Shown here: positions 28,701 to 37,424 of the stretch, piece by piece
How the letters are laid out: each line of letters starts with the position of its first letter
Numbering within the stretch: the stretch's first letter is position 1
DNA from: an uncultured Verrucomicrobiae bacterium
Lineage (GTDB): Bacteria; Verrucomicrobiota; Verrucomicrobiia; Chthoniobacterales; UBA10450
DNA length: 64,000 nucleotides
Direction: 5' to 3'
Assembly (NCBI GenBank): GCA_963772365.1
Contig: CAVYXA010000005.1
Coordinates: forward strand, 224,001-288,000
Made by a program: the position numbers and the translations under genes
Notes under the pieces: model-generated
What the model saw: the letters and a program-made list of their open reading frames with translations, nothing else
The model's database searches: none
What the model was told of the DNA's origin: nothing

Positions 28701-29156
28701 GGAATCGAATGCCGCAAGAACTCGGCGACGAATGATTACACGATGGTCGTGACCTTCGCCGGCAACGTGGCTGTCACCGGTAGTCCACAGGCGCAAGTGA
28801 CATCGGGCACGGGCTGTGTGGGTAGTGGTGGTACTTGCATGGGTGGCAATAATGTCACCGTTAGCGGCGCAATCGTGACGATTCCTCTGACGAATATTGC
28901 CGATGATCAAACGATCATGGTCCAACTCAATGGGGTGAACGCGGCTGCAGATCAGCCTGCGGTGAACGTCGTGATTCCGATGACCATCATTGTGGCTGAT
29001 ACGAACGGCAGCGGCAACGTCAGCTCGGCAGACATCGCCCAAACCAAGGGCCGCATCGGCCAAGCGGTCACCAGCGCAAACTTCCGCTCGGACGTGAATG
29101 CGAGCGGCGGGATCAACTCGACCGACGTAACAATCATCAAACAGAACCTGCCTTAA
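25740..29156 (+). CDS. Large secreted protein: BNR/Asp-box propeller, Ig-like domains, dockerin-like tail
   Basis: Repeated SxDGGxTW/F Asp-boxes, VDPASVQxxD Ig-like repeats and paired DxNxxGxV/IxxxD motifs. Confidence 0.85.
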   Translation: MKRKSASQFAFFNLRVLIGLCIIFVAAFVALASLGVFSATAGNIVQALGKHKIITQSDNPLVPIGFDCATIHQKGIDKQENFRAGAIMMACGESPNVGTTATSTLGPVGRFIEKILRPIAPSPQAYGAADVDVVTGTETSPHVIQSESYTAANPDNPNQVVVAYNDSRCAASSNFSALSVSTDGGTTFTRVTNGSGCSPFAGTSGDPVALYNKPSGTWFTIWIDGACGGGGMGGYKSSTPDNPNGWTHFCAHSGSGDDRESGWADNNPSSPFYGRMYMSWNDFNIGSGALEVTYSSDNGATWHSPIVVSNTATFIRDTQITGDLSGNGTIYIAGMDEGGGGFPHNDINKMYKSTDGGNTWTNTYTGPAFPGPGVTASGYFACMFNDSGAFWRHEGWGEPAAFNNVVSLVYSQHGTGADAGDVYYIRSSDGGVTFGAPFKLNSDSTTRPQWQANISVSPSGTLLATWYDGREFASCLKGNAATPCYRMWSRKSNDNGLTWQPDMALSDASSPEPGQSDGNIQPTYAGDYDYGSAITLKHTTSWTDGRVAIGGASQQDVFTDRELVGFAVTTSVPACDSLVNTQLTDFDINLSDAVDPATVQASDFTVNGIPANSFTLMNGNTLIRFHFNSSPVVLGSNAMHIAAGAFLRISDGMPNFEFSCSFCYAATALQITSTNPPVGGTFTPPAPGNYTFDVNFNQAVDPASVQTTDLMVSGNSGPSVTAVSLINGNMTVRFTLHMNFGGTLDASIGAGSITANGCNANAAFSGTYNVAGCPPQDHYTISQIGGSIVPGTTDIGNHIDDGVTTVALPFAYTLYGQVYNAVNLSSNGNAQFTTTDSAFSNVCLPWASHNYAIFPYWDDLRTDTAGSGIFTSVSGSAPNRIFNIEWRATYFSGGGSTNHELRLYEGQARFDVIYGTVSQGNASATAGVQKDTVFDQYFCNGSGAAATGGQSYILQSCEATTVLGAVSRKTHTGAGDFDINLPLTGTPGIECRKNSATNDYTMVVTFAGNVAVTGSPQAQVTSGTGCVGSGGTCMGGNNVTVSGAIVTIPLTNIADDQTIMVQLNGVNAAADQPAVNVVIPMTIIVADTNGSGNVSSADIAQTKGRIGQAVTSANFRSDVNASGGINSTDVTIIKQNLP

Positions 29157-29185
29157 CCGGGCAGGAACAAAGAAGAAAGTATTGC

Positions 29186-29446
29186 GTGCGCCCCGGCCAG
29201 TCGCCGGGGCGCACTGCTTTTGTCGATCTTGCCTATCAGCGATCCGTTGCAGAATGGGCTGGTCCCCTGTCGAATCGACAACGATGACCAACTGGCTTAT
29301 CTGCCCCTATTCAGAATCGACAGAAAGCACTCTTGTGCGCGCCGGGGCAAAGCTGTGATCGCCAGATCCTTGCGCGCCAAAAAGATTGACATTTTCGCAT
29401 GCCCACCGGGCGGACCTACCGCCGGGGCACATTGCTTTCTGTCGAT
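29186..29446. repeat. Cluster of copies of the 24878 hairpin/terminator motif
   Basis: GTGCGCCCCGGC..GCCGGGGCGCACTGCTTTTGTCGAT (29186), inverted fragment ATCGACAGAAAGCA (29316), CTACCGCCGGGGCACATTGCTTTCTGTCGAT (to 29446). Confidence 0.7.
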
Positions 29447-29447
29447 C

Positions 29448-29915
29448 CTATGGATCCACAAAGGCGGGAGTCGTAAGGATATCGGCGGCCGTAAACTGGG
29501 GAACTCTCACATTTTCGTGCAGCGTCTTCATGAGCGCGCCGACTTTTTGCGCAGTTTGTCCAGAATAAAAGCGAACCAACCCCAGCGTGGTCCGTGAGCT
29601 AAAAACGGTAATCATGATTGTCTCGTCATCGACAGAGTTCATGAACATATGATTGCCGTTGCCTTGATGAAAAAGTGCAGTGAACTCAACCTCGCCGATT
29701 CGGCGAGCCAGCTCGCGAGTGGCCGCAAAAGCGCCGGCAGCCAGCGCTGCCATTATCGTGACATCGGTCGCGTTTACATCTCCGAACTGCGAGATCACAT
29801 TTCCACCACGATCGATCACGATCGTTAGTCGCGCTTCGGCTTTCTGCAAAAAATCGCCCAGCAGACTGTCCAGCGTGGCGACGTCTTCGATGGTCAGGAC
29901 GGGAATTGAGTTCAT
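29448..29915 (-). CDS. mglB: Roadblock/LC7 protein, MglB-like
   Basis: ALAAGAFAATRELARRIGE...FHQG...TTLGLVR; adjacent to mglA. Confidence 0.88.
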   Translation of the reverse strand: MNSIPVLTIEDVATLDSLLGDFLQKAEARLTIVIDRGGNVISQFGDVNATDVTIMAALAAGAFAATRELARRIGEVEFTALFHQGNGNHMFMNSVDDETIMITVFSSRTTLGLVRFYSGQTAQKVGALMKTLHENVRVPQFTAADILTTPAFVDP

Positions 29916-30586
29916 GCCGGAGTGCGTTCTTGTTTGGTAACCGAAGGCGGCTCCATCGGGATGGCCACCGCGGGCGGCGGCGTGTTCGGCAGCTCGTTTT
30001 GCTTGCTGAATTTGTGAAGGAGAATTTGCGAAACAGCGTTGAGCGCTGCGAAAACGTTCTGACCGGTGCTCGAGATCACTTCGAAGCTTTGTAAACGCTT
30101 TTTCCGATTATTGAGCGTGTACTCAAGATAGTTAACCGGCGCGATATTCGGCAGATCGCGCTTGTTGTACTCCAATACCAATGGCACGTCGTCGATCGAC
30201 ACGTTTTGAAGCGCGAGATTGTCGGCCAGATTCTTGAAGCTCTCGACGTTCTCCTCCATTTTTTCCCATTGCGAATCGGCCACGAATACAATCCCATCGG
30301 TGCTGCGCAAAACGAGTTGACGGGTGGCGTTGTAGATGACCTGACCGGGGACAGTGTAGAGTTGGAACTTCGTAACGAACCCTTTGATCACTACAGCGTT
30401 TAGCGGCAGAAAATCGAAGAACAGAGTCCGATCGGCTGCAGTGGCCAGAGAGACGAGTTCGCCACGATTTTTTGGACTGATCCGTTGATGGATATAGCCG
30501 AGATTCGTTGTCTTGCCGCACAAGGCTGGGCCGTAATAAACGATCTTAAACTGGATCTCGCGGCTGGCGTAATTAATGATCGACAT
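29912..30586 (-). CDS. mglA: MglA-family small GTPase
   Basis: KIVYYGPALCGKTTN, DRTLFFDF, YTVPGQV, NKRD. Confidence 0.93.
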   Translation of the reverse strand: MSIINYASREIQFKIVYYGPALCGKTTNLGYIHQRISPKNRGELVSLATAADRTLFFDFLPLNAVVIKGFVTKFQLYTVPGQVIYNATRQLVLRSTDGIVFVADSQWEKMEENVESFKNLADNLALQNVSIDDVPLVLEYNKRDLPNIAPVNYLEYTLNNRKKRLQSFEVISSTGQNVFAALNAVSQILLHKFSKQNELPNTPPPAVAIPMEPPSVTKQERTPA

Positions 30587-32803
30587 GAGAAAGCTCCGCT
30601 TGCGCATAGGTCTGTGAAAGTTCCTGCGTTAATTGGGAAAGTTGGGCGCGTGTTTCGCGGGTGAGATCTTCGCCATTCAAATGAAGCGCAGTAAGGCAGA
30701 TGTTGCCGTGCCGGAAAAACGTGAGGGCCTGATCTGCGCAATGCAGCGTCATGGCCATAAGTTGACCGAGGTTGCTGTCACTTACGTAAATGTCGATCCT
30801 CCCCAAGAGCGAGCCGACGACTGCGCTGATACCTTCGGTGGCAAGCTCGGCCCCGATATCGCCGGCCAGTCCTAATCCATCGGCAAAATTGATCGTGCAT
30901 CCGGCAACTCCGGGCAGCTCTCTTGCTTTGGCGGCAGCTTTTTTTGCATTCAGTTGTGCCGACTCGGATTGGCCTTCATCGGCATTGGCCTGAATCGGCC
31001 GCGGCGGACTGGTCTTCAATTTTTTTTCCGCTTTGGGCGTTGGCGCCTCAGGACTCTTCGTTTCGATCACGCTTTTTTGCTTGGAAGGTTTCTCTTGTGC
31101 CGTGATTGCCGTTTCTTCTACTGCCTTGGCCATGGCATTGAAGCGTTTGGCGTCTTCATCGGCTTGGATCGAAAATGGCGTACTAAATTTCTCTTTGAGC
31201 AGCAGCTCTTCCTGGTCGTCGCGCATTCGCAGGGCCGTTGACGGCAAACGTTTTACGATCTCCTGCAACGGTAAGGCCACGGCAGTCTCGTTAGGATCGA
31301 TGAGAAAAAGATCGCGATGAAGCTCTGGAATGGCGCGTTGAAAAACCTTTGGGGGAATCATCACTCGCCCGCTCGCCAGCTGCGGCTCGATCAATTTCAG
31401 CGGAAACGCAATCCGGACATCTTCCGGCACAAGCATGGGGCTGCCGTTCAATTGAAATGCGGGCACCTGACTCAGAACCATCTGAAGCGGGAGGACGATC
31501 TTTGGTTCGTCCTCACTTGCGCTCTTTGAACTTTGTTTACTGAAGACAGGCTCGGGGATCTCCAATGGTTCGACAGAGTCTGGCAGTTCTTTCGGTTCGA
31601 CGCCTGGGACCAGAGTAAGCTTCGGGCGAATATCGTGGCTGGGAGCATTGAATTTGAATGGAGCGCGTGCAGGCGATGGGGGTACACCCGGAGACGGGCT
31701 GGAAGTGCTGACTTCGGACTCGATTTTCTCTGATTCTACTTCTGTCTCTTTGCCGGTCTGCACCTCCGCAGTAACTGGAGGCAATTCTGTTCCTTTGGGA
31801 CTTGTCGATGCTGAAATATCGGGAATAGTTGGAACGGGCGCTCCGCTTGAGGCTGGAACTCTCTCAGAGGCGGAGGCACCCGTTCCGTTCGGTGGAAGGT
31901 GGAATGGAATTTTTTTCCGGGCTGGAGTTCGCCTAACCTGATTTTCAGTTCCTTTCCTCGAAGAGGCTGGCGGCGCGGCAGATTCGATAGTCGAACTCAG
32001 CATCTCCAAATCGCGCAATGGTATCTTTGGCCGGGGTGCGGCTACGACTTGGCGACTGGTTCCGGCTCGGCATCGGCAATGGTCTTGGCTGTAGCCGGTT
32101 CTATCTTGACCGGAGGGAGCTGCGACGTTCGCAGGGCTTCCATCTCTGTTCCGAACCGTTTCGTGTCTTCTAATGTGACTTTTAGAAAAGGAGTCTCCAG
32201 TTGCGGCACATCGGCATCATGTTCCTGGTCGGGCCGAACCTGTAGCCGGTTGAATTCCTCAAGCACTTTGCCGAAGGGCAATGGTATTGGGGTGTGATCG
32301 TCCGGCTGAATGGCAGTTGAGAAAATTTCCGGGGCCTGTTGATAGATACTGGTCAAAGAAACAGTTGGCTTTCCGTTCGCCATTCCTCTCTCGAGATCCG
32401 ACGCCTTAAGGATAATGGCCCGATTCGAGTCGAAGGCATCAGCAGGTTTTATCGATTCGTTGGGCAGGCCGTCGATGATTTCTGAGAGCTGCAAAGAGAT
32501 TGTGCGTTCCGCGACCGGATCGGCGGTGATCACTTTTATCGGCTGGGTTTTTGGCGTCGGATCATTAGGAACAGCCAACGATGGCATTGCCACAGATTTG
32601 CTAACTGAGCCGGCTGCAGCCTGAAAAGGATCGACCTGCGCGCGCGCGCGTGCCGCGTTTGGCATTACCGTTTTGCTCAGACGTTGGTCGTTTGGTTTTT
32701 GAACAGGGATAACGGGAGCGGAGGGCGGCGGGGCTTTGGCTGCGACCAGGTCCAGCAATCGCGTCTTTGCTTTTGCGATAAGATCGACAATCGGAATGGT
32801 CAT
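30573..32803 (-). CDS. Hypothetical protein with a duplicated domain, low-complexity linkers and a C-terminal roadblock-like domain; one frameshift near 32048
   Basis: Adding one A (GCCAAGTC to GCCAAAGTC on the minus strand) fuses ORFs 32042..32803 and 30573..32018. The C-terminus LPGVAGCTINFADGLGLAG resembles a roadblock domain. Confidence 0.65.
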
Positions 32804-32806
32804 CGC

Positions 32807-34525
32807 TTAATGGTCCTCCGCCGTTACTCGCCAGACTTCTTCCAGCGTTGTGATTCCATCGAGGGCCTTTTCAATACCCACCATCCGCAGCGTTTTCATT
32901 CCTTCGGTCATCGCCTGATTTTTGATCACCGCTGCCGATGCGCGCTTGATGACGAGCCGCCGGATTGTCTCGGTCACTGGTAAAGCTTCAATGATCGCTA
33001 CGCGACCCAGATACCCGCGTCCTTTGCAACGATCACATCCGGTCCCATGATAGAAAACCGTGCCTTCTCGATCCTGCAGACCGAGTTTTTCGAGAAATTC
33101 CGGCTCGGGAATAACTTCGTCCTGGCAATTGCTGCAAATCCGTCGAATCAGACGTTGAGCGCAGGCCATCAGGATCGAGCTGGAGATCAGGAATGGCTCG
33201 ATTCCCATATCGTCCAGACGAGTGATGGCGCCGGCCGCATCGTTCGTATGCAGCGTGCTTAATACCTGGTGCCCGGTAAGTGCCGCCTTTACTGCGATAT
33301 CGGCTGTCTCGTTGTCACGAATCTCGCCGACCATCACAATGTCGGGGTCCTGCCGGAGGATCGAGCGTAAGGCAGAGGAAAAATCGAGCCCGATATCGCT
33401 ACGCACCGCCACCTGGTTTACTCCCATCAGCTCGTACTCAATCGGATCTTCGACAGTAACGATGTTGTATTCGGGATTATTTAATTCATGCAGGACGGAA
33501 TACAGCGTCGTGGTTTTTCCGGAGCCAGTCGGACCCGTCACCAGAATCATGCCGTGTGGCGCATCGATTGCCTTGCGGAATTTATCCAGAGTATCTTGAT
33601 CCATGCCAAGTTGATCAATCCCCCCGGTCAGAGAACTCTTATCGAGAATACGAATAACAATTTTCTCACCGTGAGCGGTGGGCAGAATGGAAATACGCAA
33701 GTCAACGTCCTTACCCATCACGCGAATGCGGAACCGGCCGTCTTGGGGAAGCCGACGCTCAGCAATGTTGAGTCCTGCGAGAATCTTGATGCGTGAAGTG
33801 ATCGCTAATTGCAACGCTTTCGGCGGCGATTCTGCTGCCACCAGTTCGCCATCGATGCGGTAGCGTAACTTGAGCGATGTATGAAAAGGCTCGATGTGAA
33901 TATCCGAAGCCTTTTCCTTCACCGCCTGGGCCAAAATCAGATTGACGATTTTGATGACCGGCGCGTCTTCGCTGTCGGATGCCAGACGATCGAGGTCTAT
34001 CTCTTCGCGTTTCGCAGCCTGGACCTCGACATCGCTGGCCTGAACCGCTTCCTCAGAGACCTGTTTGAGCACCTGGCTCATGTTCGCGCCGCCGTGAATG
34101 CCACTCAGCGTTTCCACGACCGCTTTTTCCGTGGCGATCATGGGGACGATTTCGAGCTGGACCCGCCGCTTTAAGTCATCGACGGCCAGGACGTTGGTCG
34201 GATCGGCCATGGCTACGAACAGCTTTCCGTTCAATCGGGCAATCGGTACGAGCTTATTGGCCTTGGCCATGTCGCGCGGCACGAGCGCCATGATTTCTTC
34301 CGGGACACGTACCTTGGTCAAATTTATTGCTGGCGTGTTCAGGCATCGACCCATGCTGAAGGCCATGTCCTGTTCGGTGACGAATTGCCGTTGGGTCAAA
34401 ATCTTCAGCAGCCGTCCACCTTCGGTCTTCTGAATGTCCACCGCTTCCCGTAACTGGTTAGGCAGAAGCAAACCGTCCTCGATCAGGACGTCGGCAATGC
34501 GTTCTCCGAAGGATTTGCTTTTCAT
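32807..34525 (-). CDS. pilB: PilB/GspE-family secretion ATPase
   Basis: ASDIHIEP, GPTGSGKTTT, LRQDPDIVMVGEIRD, tetracysteine motif and MshEN-like N-terminus. Confidence 0.88.
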   Translation of the reverse strand: MKSKSFGERIADVLIEDGLLLPNQLREAVDIQKTEGGRLLKILTQRQFVTEQDMAFSMGRCLNTPAINLTKVRVPEEIMALVPRDMAKANKLVPIARLNGKLFVAMADPTNVLAVDDLKRRVQLEIVPMIATEKAVVETLSGIHGGANMSQVLKQVSEEAVQASDVEVQAAKREEIDLDRLASDSEDAPVIKIVNLILAQAVKEKASDIHIEPFHTSLKLRYRIDGELVAAESPPKALQLAITSRIKILAGLNIAERRLPQDGRFRIRVMGKDVDLRISILPTAHGEKIVIRILDKSSLTGGIDQLGMDQDTLDKFRKAIDAPHGMILVTGPTGSGKTTTLYSVLHELNNPEYNIVTVEDPIEYELMGVNQVAVRSDIGLDFSSALRSILRQDPDIVMVGEIRDNETADIAVKAALTGHQVLSTLHTNDAAGAITRLDDMGIEPFLISSSILMACAQRLIRRICSNCQDEVIPEPEFLEKLGLQDREGTVFYHGTGCDRCKGRGYLGRVAIIEALPVTETIRRLVIKRASAAVIKNQAMTEGMKTLRMVGIEKALDGITTLEEVWRVTAEDH

Positions 34526-35409
34526 GATACTCGCGCGTCGAGCCGGTAAATGGATTGCAATGCCTTCGCGAGCGCTGTGGGACGGGCCAGATACCACGCG
34601 ACGCTATAATCGACCGATTGCTGGACAGCATCACGCCCGGCGGCATCAAACGGATTGCAACAGGCCACCATCATTGTGCGACTGACCAGATCGAATGGAA
34701 CGAATCGGCGGCCAAGGGTCAGATTTTCCGGCAACATCGGTGCGATCTGCCGGTCCACATCATAGTACTCTAATGGAACGTAGGCGAATTTGGTCCGATC
34801 AATCAAAGCGGAGAGGACCTTGTCCACTTTATCTACGTTCGTTTTGCAGAGATGCTCCAACAGAGAGGCGGCAACAGCCTGGCCGCTCAGAGCTTTGTTG
34901 ACCTGTTCTACTTCGGCCAGCGCAGGCTTTACCTCTTCTTCGGGAAACAGTTGCTGAACGATCAGGAATTTGGCCAGTTGGTCCGTCCCGCGTTCATGTA
35001 GATTGGTTACCTTGCCGACATGTGCGCCCCTAATGTCGATCAATGCACCCTGATGGGTTTCATCGGTTCCATTGCCGCCCTCGCCTTTCACAATGGCCGC
35101 GCCTGTGGCTTGCAAGCGCGTCTCGATTTCTCCCAGCATCGCCAGAATGTCCGGAGCATTTGGTTCCTTGACCAAAACGACCTCGCATTCCTGCATCGCC
35201 AGCGTATAGGAACCCGCATTGAAATATGCTTCGGCCAATCGCCGCGATGTCCGCAAAGAATCCGCGTCTCTACCGAGTTTGCGATAGGCTTCCTTCAGAA
35301 TTTCCAGCGATTGATAGTCGTCGGGCTGTGTTTGAGTGATGGTCTCAAACATCTCGATCGTCTGGACGATCTGGCTATGTTCTTGTTCGGACAGGGTGTG
35401 TTCCAGCAC
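34522..35409 (-). CDS. TPR-like protein with a C-terminal GspE/PilB N-domain-like region
   Basis: Helical N-terminus; C-terminal MLPENLTLGRRFVPFD...MVACCNPFD resembles the PilB N-domain (AMADPTN). Confidence 0.65.
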   Translation of the reverse strand: MLEHTLSEQEHSQIVQTIEMFETITQTQPDDYQSLEILKEAYRKLGRDADSLRTSRRLAEAYFNAGSYTLAMQECEVVLVKEPNAPDILAMLGEIETRLQATGAAIVKGEGGNGTDETHQGALIDIRGAHVGKVTNLHERGTDQLAKFLIVQQLFPEEEVKPALAEVEQVNKALSGQAVAASLLEHLCKTNVDKVDKVLSALIDRTKFAYVPLEYYDVDRQIAPMLPENLTLGRRFVPFDLVSRTMMVACCNPFDAAGRDAVQQSVDYSVAWYLARPTALAKALQSIYRLDARVS

Positions 35410-35525
35410 GCCGCGCTGTAAAAGCTAGAAATATGCCCCTGCATGCCAGTCGACCCGAAATTCGCTCCCAAACTGCGATTTCTAATTTCCAGCGGGCACT
35501 AAATCGGCCCTCCGAAAGCGACGCT

Positions 35526-35963
35526 TTATTCCTCGACGATCTCGTCCGGTAGTTCGTTTGACGATGTCGATCTTCGCGGGAAATGCGCTGCCAGCACATT
35601 TCCGATTCCCACGATTGCGTTGATAAGGGCGTCCGTGAATTTCTCGGCTTTGAACCCGTCGCGCATATTGTCCGCGACCTCCCGCCAGAAAGGTTCGCCG
35701 CATTTCTCGTGAATTGCCCGGTCGCCTACAACTGCAAACTTACGCGCCCGCGGCACAACGAAAACTAGTACTGCGTTGCGCTCTCGTGTCTTGTGCATAC
35801 CGAGGCGGTGAAACCGCTGCTCGGCCACCGGCAGAGGATCGACATCCAATTTACCCCGCTGAACGAACACCCGAATCTGGCCGGAACTTTTTGATTCGGC
35901 CTCCCGAATTGCCGCAACAATTCGGTCATGCTCGAGCTTACTCAAAAATTCCTTCGTTCGCAT
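35526..35963 (-). CDS. TPM domain protein
   Basis: AIREAESKSSGQIRV...TRERNAVL...NELPD. Confidence 0.85.
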   Translation of the reverse strand: MRTKEFLSKLEHDRIVAAIREAESKSSGQIRVFVQRGKLDVDPLPVAEQRFHRLGMHKTRERNAVLVFVVPRARKFAVVGDRAIHEKCGEPFWREVADNMRDGFKAEKFTDALINAIVGIGNVLAAHFPRRSTSSNELPDEIVEE

Positions 35964-35967
35964 TTCG

Positions 35968-36744
35968 TCACCATCCTGAGCCCGCTCCGCCTCCGCCGAA
36001 ACTACCGCCGCCCCCACTAAACCCGCTAAAACCACCACCACCGCCCCCGGATGACCAACCGCCGCGACCCATCGGCACGAAGATAGGTCCACCTCTGCGG
36101 GAAGAATAACCATAGCCGCCGAAGCGACGCATGATTCTCGAAACGAAAATCAGCACAAATACGAACGCGACAAAAAAGATTAGGCCGCCCGATCCTTTGG
36201 CGTTTCCACGGCGTTCTTGAACTGTTTTGCCGCTTCCCTTGTACTCGCCTCGAATTGCTTTCAGAATTGAATCAATTCCTGCACCTAGCCCAGCTTCATA
36301 GTTGCCCGCCCGAAACTCCGGTTTGATTCGGTATTCGGTAATGTCGAAAGCGGTGATGTCCGGTAGTGCACCTTCCAAACCGTAGCCGACTTGGATGAAC
36401 ATTTTTCGGTCCTGAATGAAAATGAAGAGCACAACGCCATTGCGCCGCGCTTTCTGGCCAACTCCCCATGTCTGGGCCACGCGTCGCGTGTAATCTGCGA
36501 TATCGGAATCGCTCTGCATTTTCGGATAAATCGCGACCACGACCTGAGTAGACGTCTCTCGCTCAAACTGGGCGAGTCGTTCGTTAAAACGCAGCGCCGC
36601 AGATTGGCTTACGACCCCCGCGTAGTCGTTGAAATAACGTTCCGGCTTCGGCGGGATGACTTGCGTCGCCTGAACAGTAATCGCACAGAACGCGAGCGCG
36701 CTGAAGAGAGCTACATCGCGCACCCGAGGTGCAATCGCACTCAC
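35968..36744 (-). CDS. TPM domain protein with Gly-rich tail
   Basis: IQVGYGLEGALPD, GGGSFGGGGAGSGW. Confidence 0.9.
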   Translation of the reverse strand: MSAIAPRVRDVALFSALAFCAITVQATQVIPPKPERYFNDYAGVVSQSAALRFNERLAQFERETSTQVVVAIYPKMQSDSDIADYTRRVAQTWGVGQKARRNGVVLFIFIQDRKMFIQVGYGLEGALPDITAFDITEYRIKPEFRAGNYEAGLGAGIDSILKAIRGEYKGSGKTVQERRGNAKGSGGLIFFVAFVFVLIFVSRIMRRFGGYGYSSRRGGPIFVPMGRGGWSSGGGGGGFSGFSGGGGSFGGGGAGSGW

Positions 36745-37389
36745 GGCGTCGCAGTTGCGGCCGGCGCGGGCGAGCCAAAATTGAAATTCACAGCAGGCGC
36801 TTTCTCAGCTCCAGGCTGGGCTGCGAAAAATGGCCGCTGCGAAAAGCCAAACATTCCCGCGATCATGTTCGTCGGGAAGGTGCGCACGGCCACATTATAA
36901 TTCTGAACCGCGCGGTTGAAGTTGTTTCGCTCCACGGAAATCCGATTCTCCTGTACCTTCCAGCTGCGCCTGCAATTCTTCAAAATTTCGAGTGGCTCGC
37001 AATTGCGGATAATTCTCCGCCACTACCAAAAGCCGGGACAAAGCATTCGTCAGTTGGCCCTGAGCTGCTTGAAACTGTTGCAATTGCGCCGCATCCGTTG
37101 GTGCCTTGTTTGGATCGAGCTGAACACGGCCGACACTGGCACGGGCGTTGGTCACTTCCGTTAAGGTCGATTTTTCAAAATTAGCCGCACCCGCCACCGT
37201 GCTAACCAGATTTGGAATCAGGTCTGCACGCCGTTGATAAACAGTCTGGACCTGGGCCCATTGCGTATCGACAGCCTGCTGTAGACCGACGAGCCGATTA
37301 TAAGTGCCCCAGAAAAAAAGGGCGATGATGAGCCCCACAACAAGCAAGATCACGATCAGTCCACCACATCCGATGGCAAATTTATTCAT
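36741..37389 (-). CDS. lemA: LemA family protein; one frameshift near 36951
   Basis: YQRRADLIPNLV, ENYPQL; one extra G interrupts EGTENRISVER. Confidence 0.9.
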
Positions 37390-37424
37390 AAGATCGACAA
37401 CGGTTCAGGAAAGATTCGGCGAAG

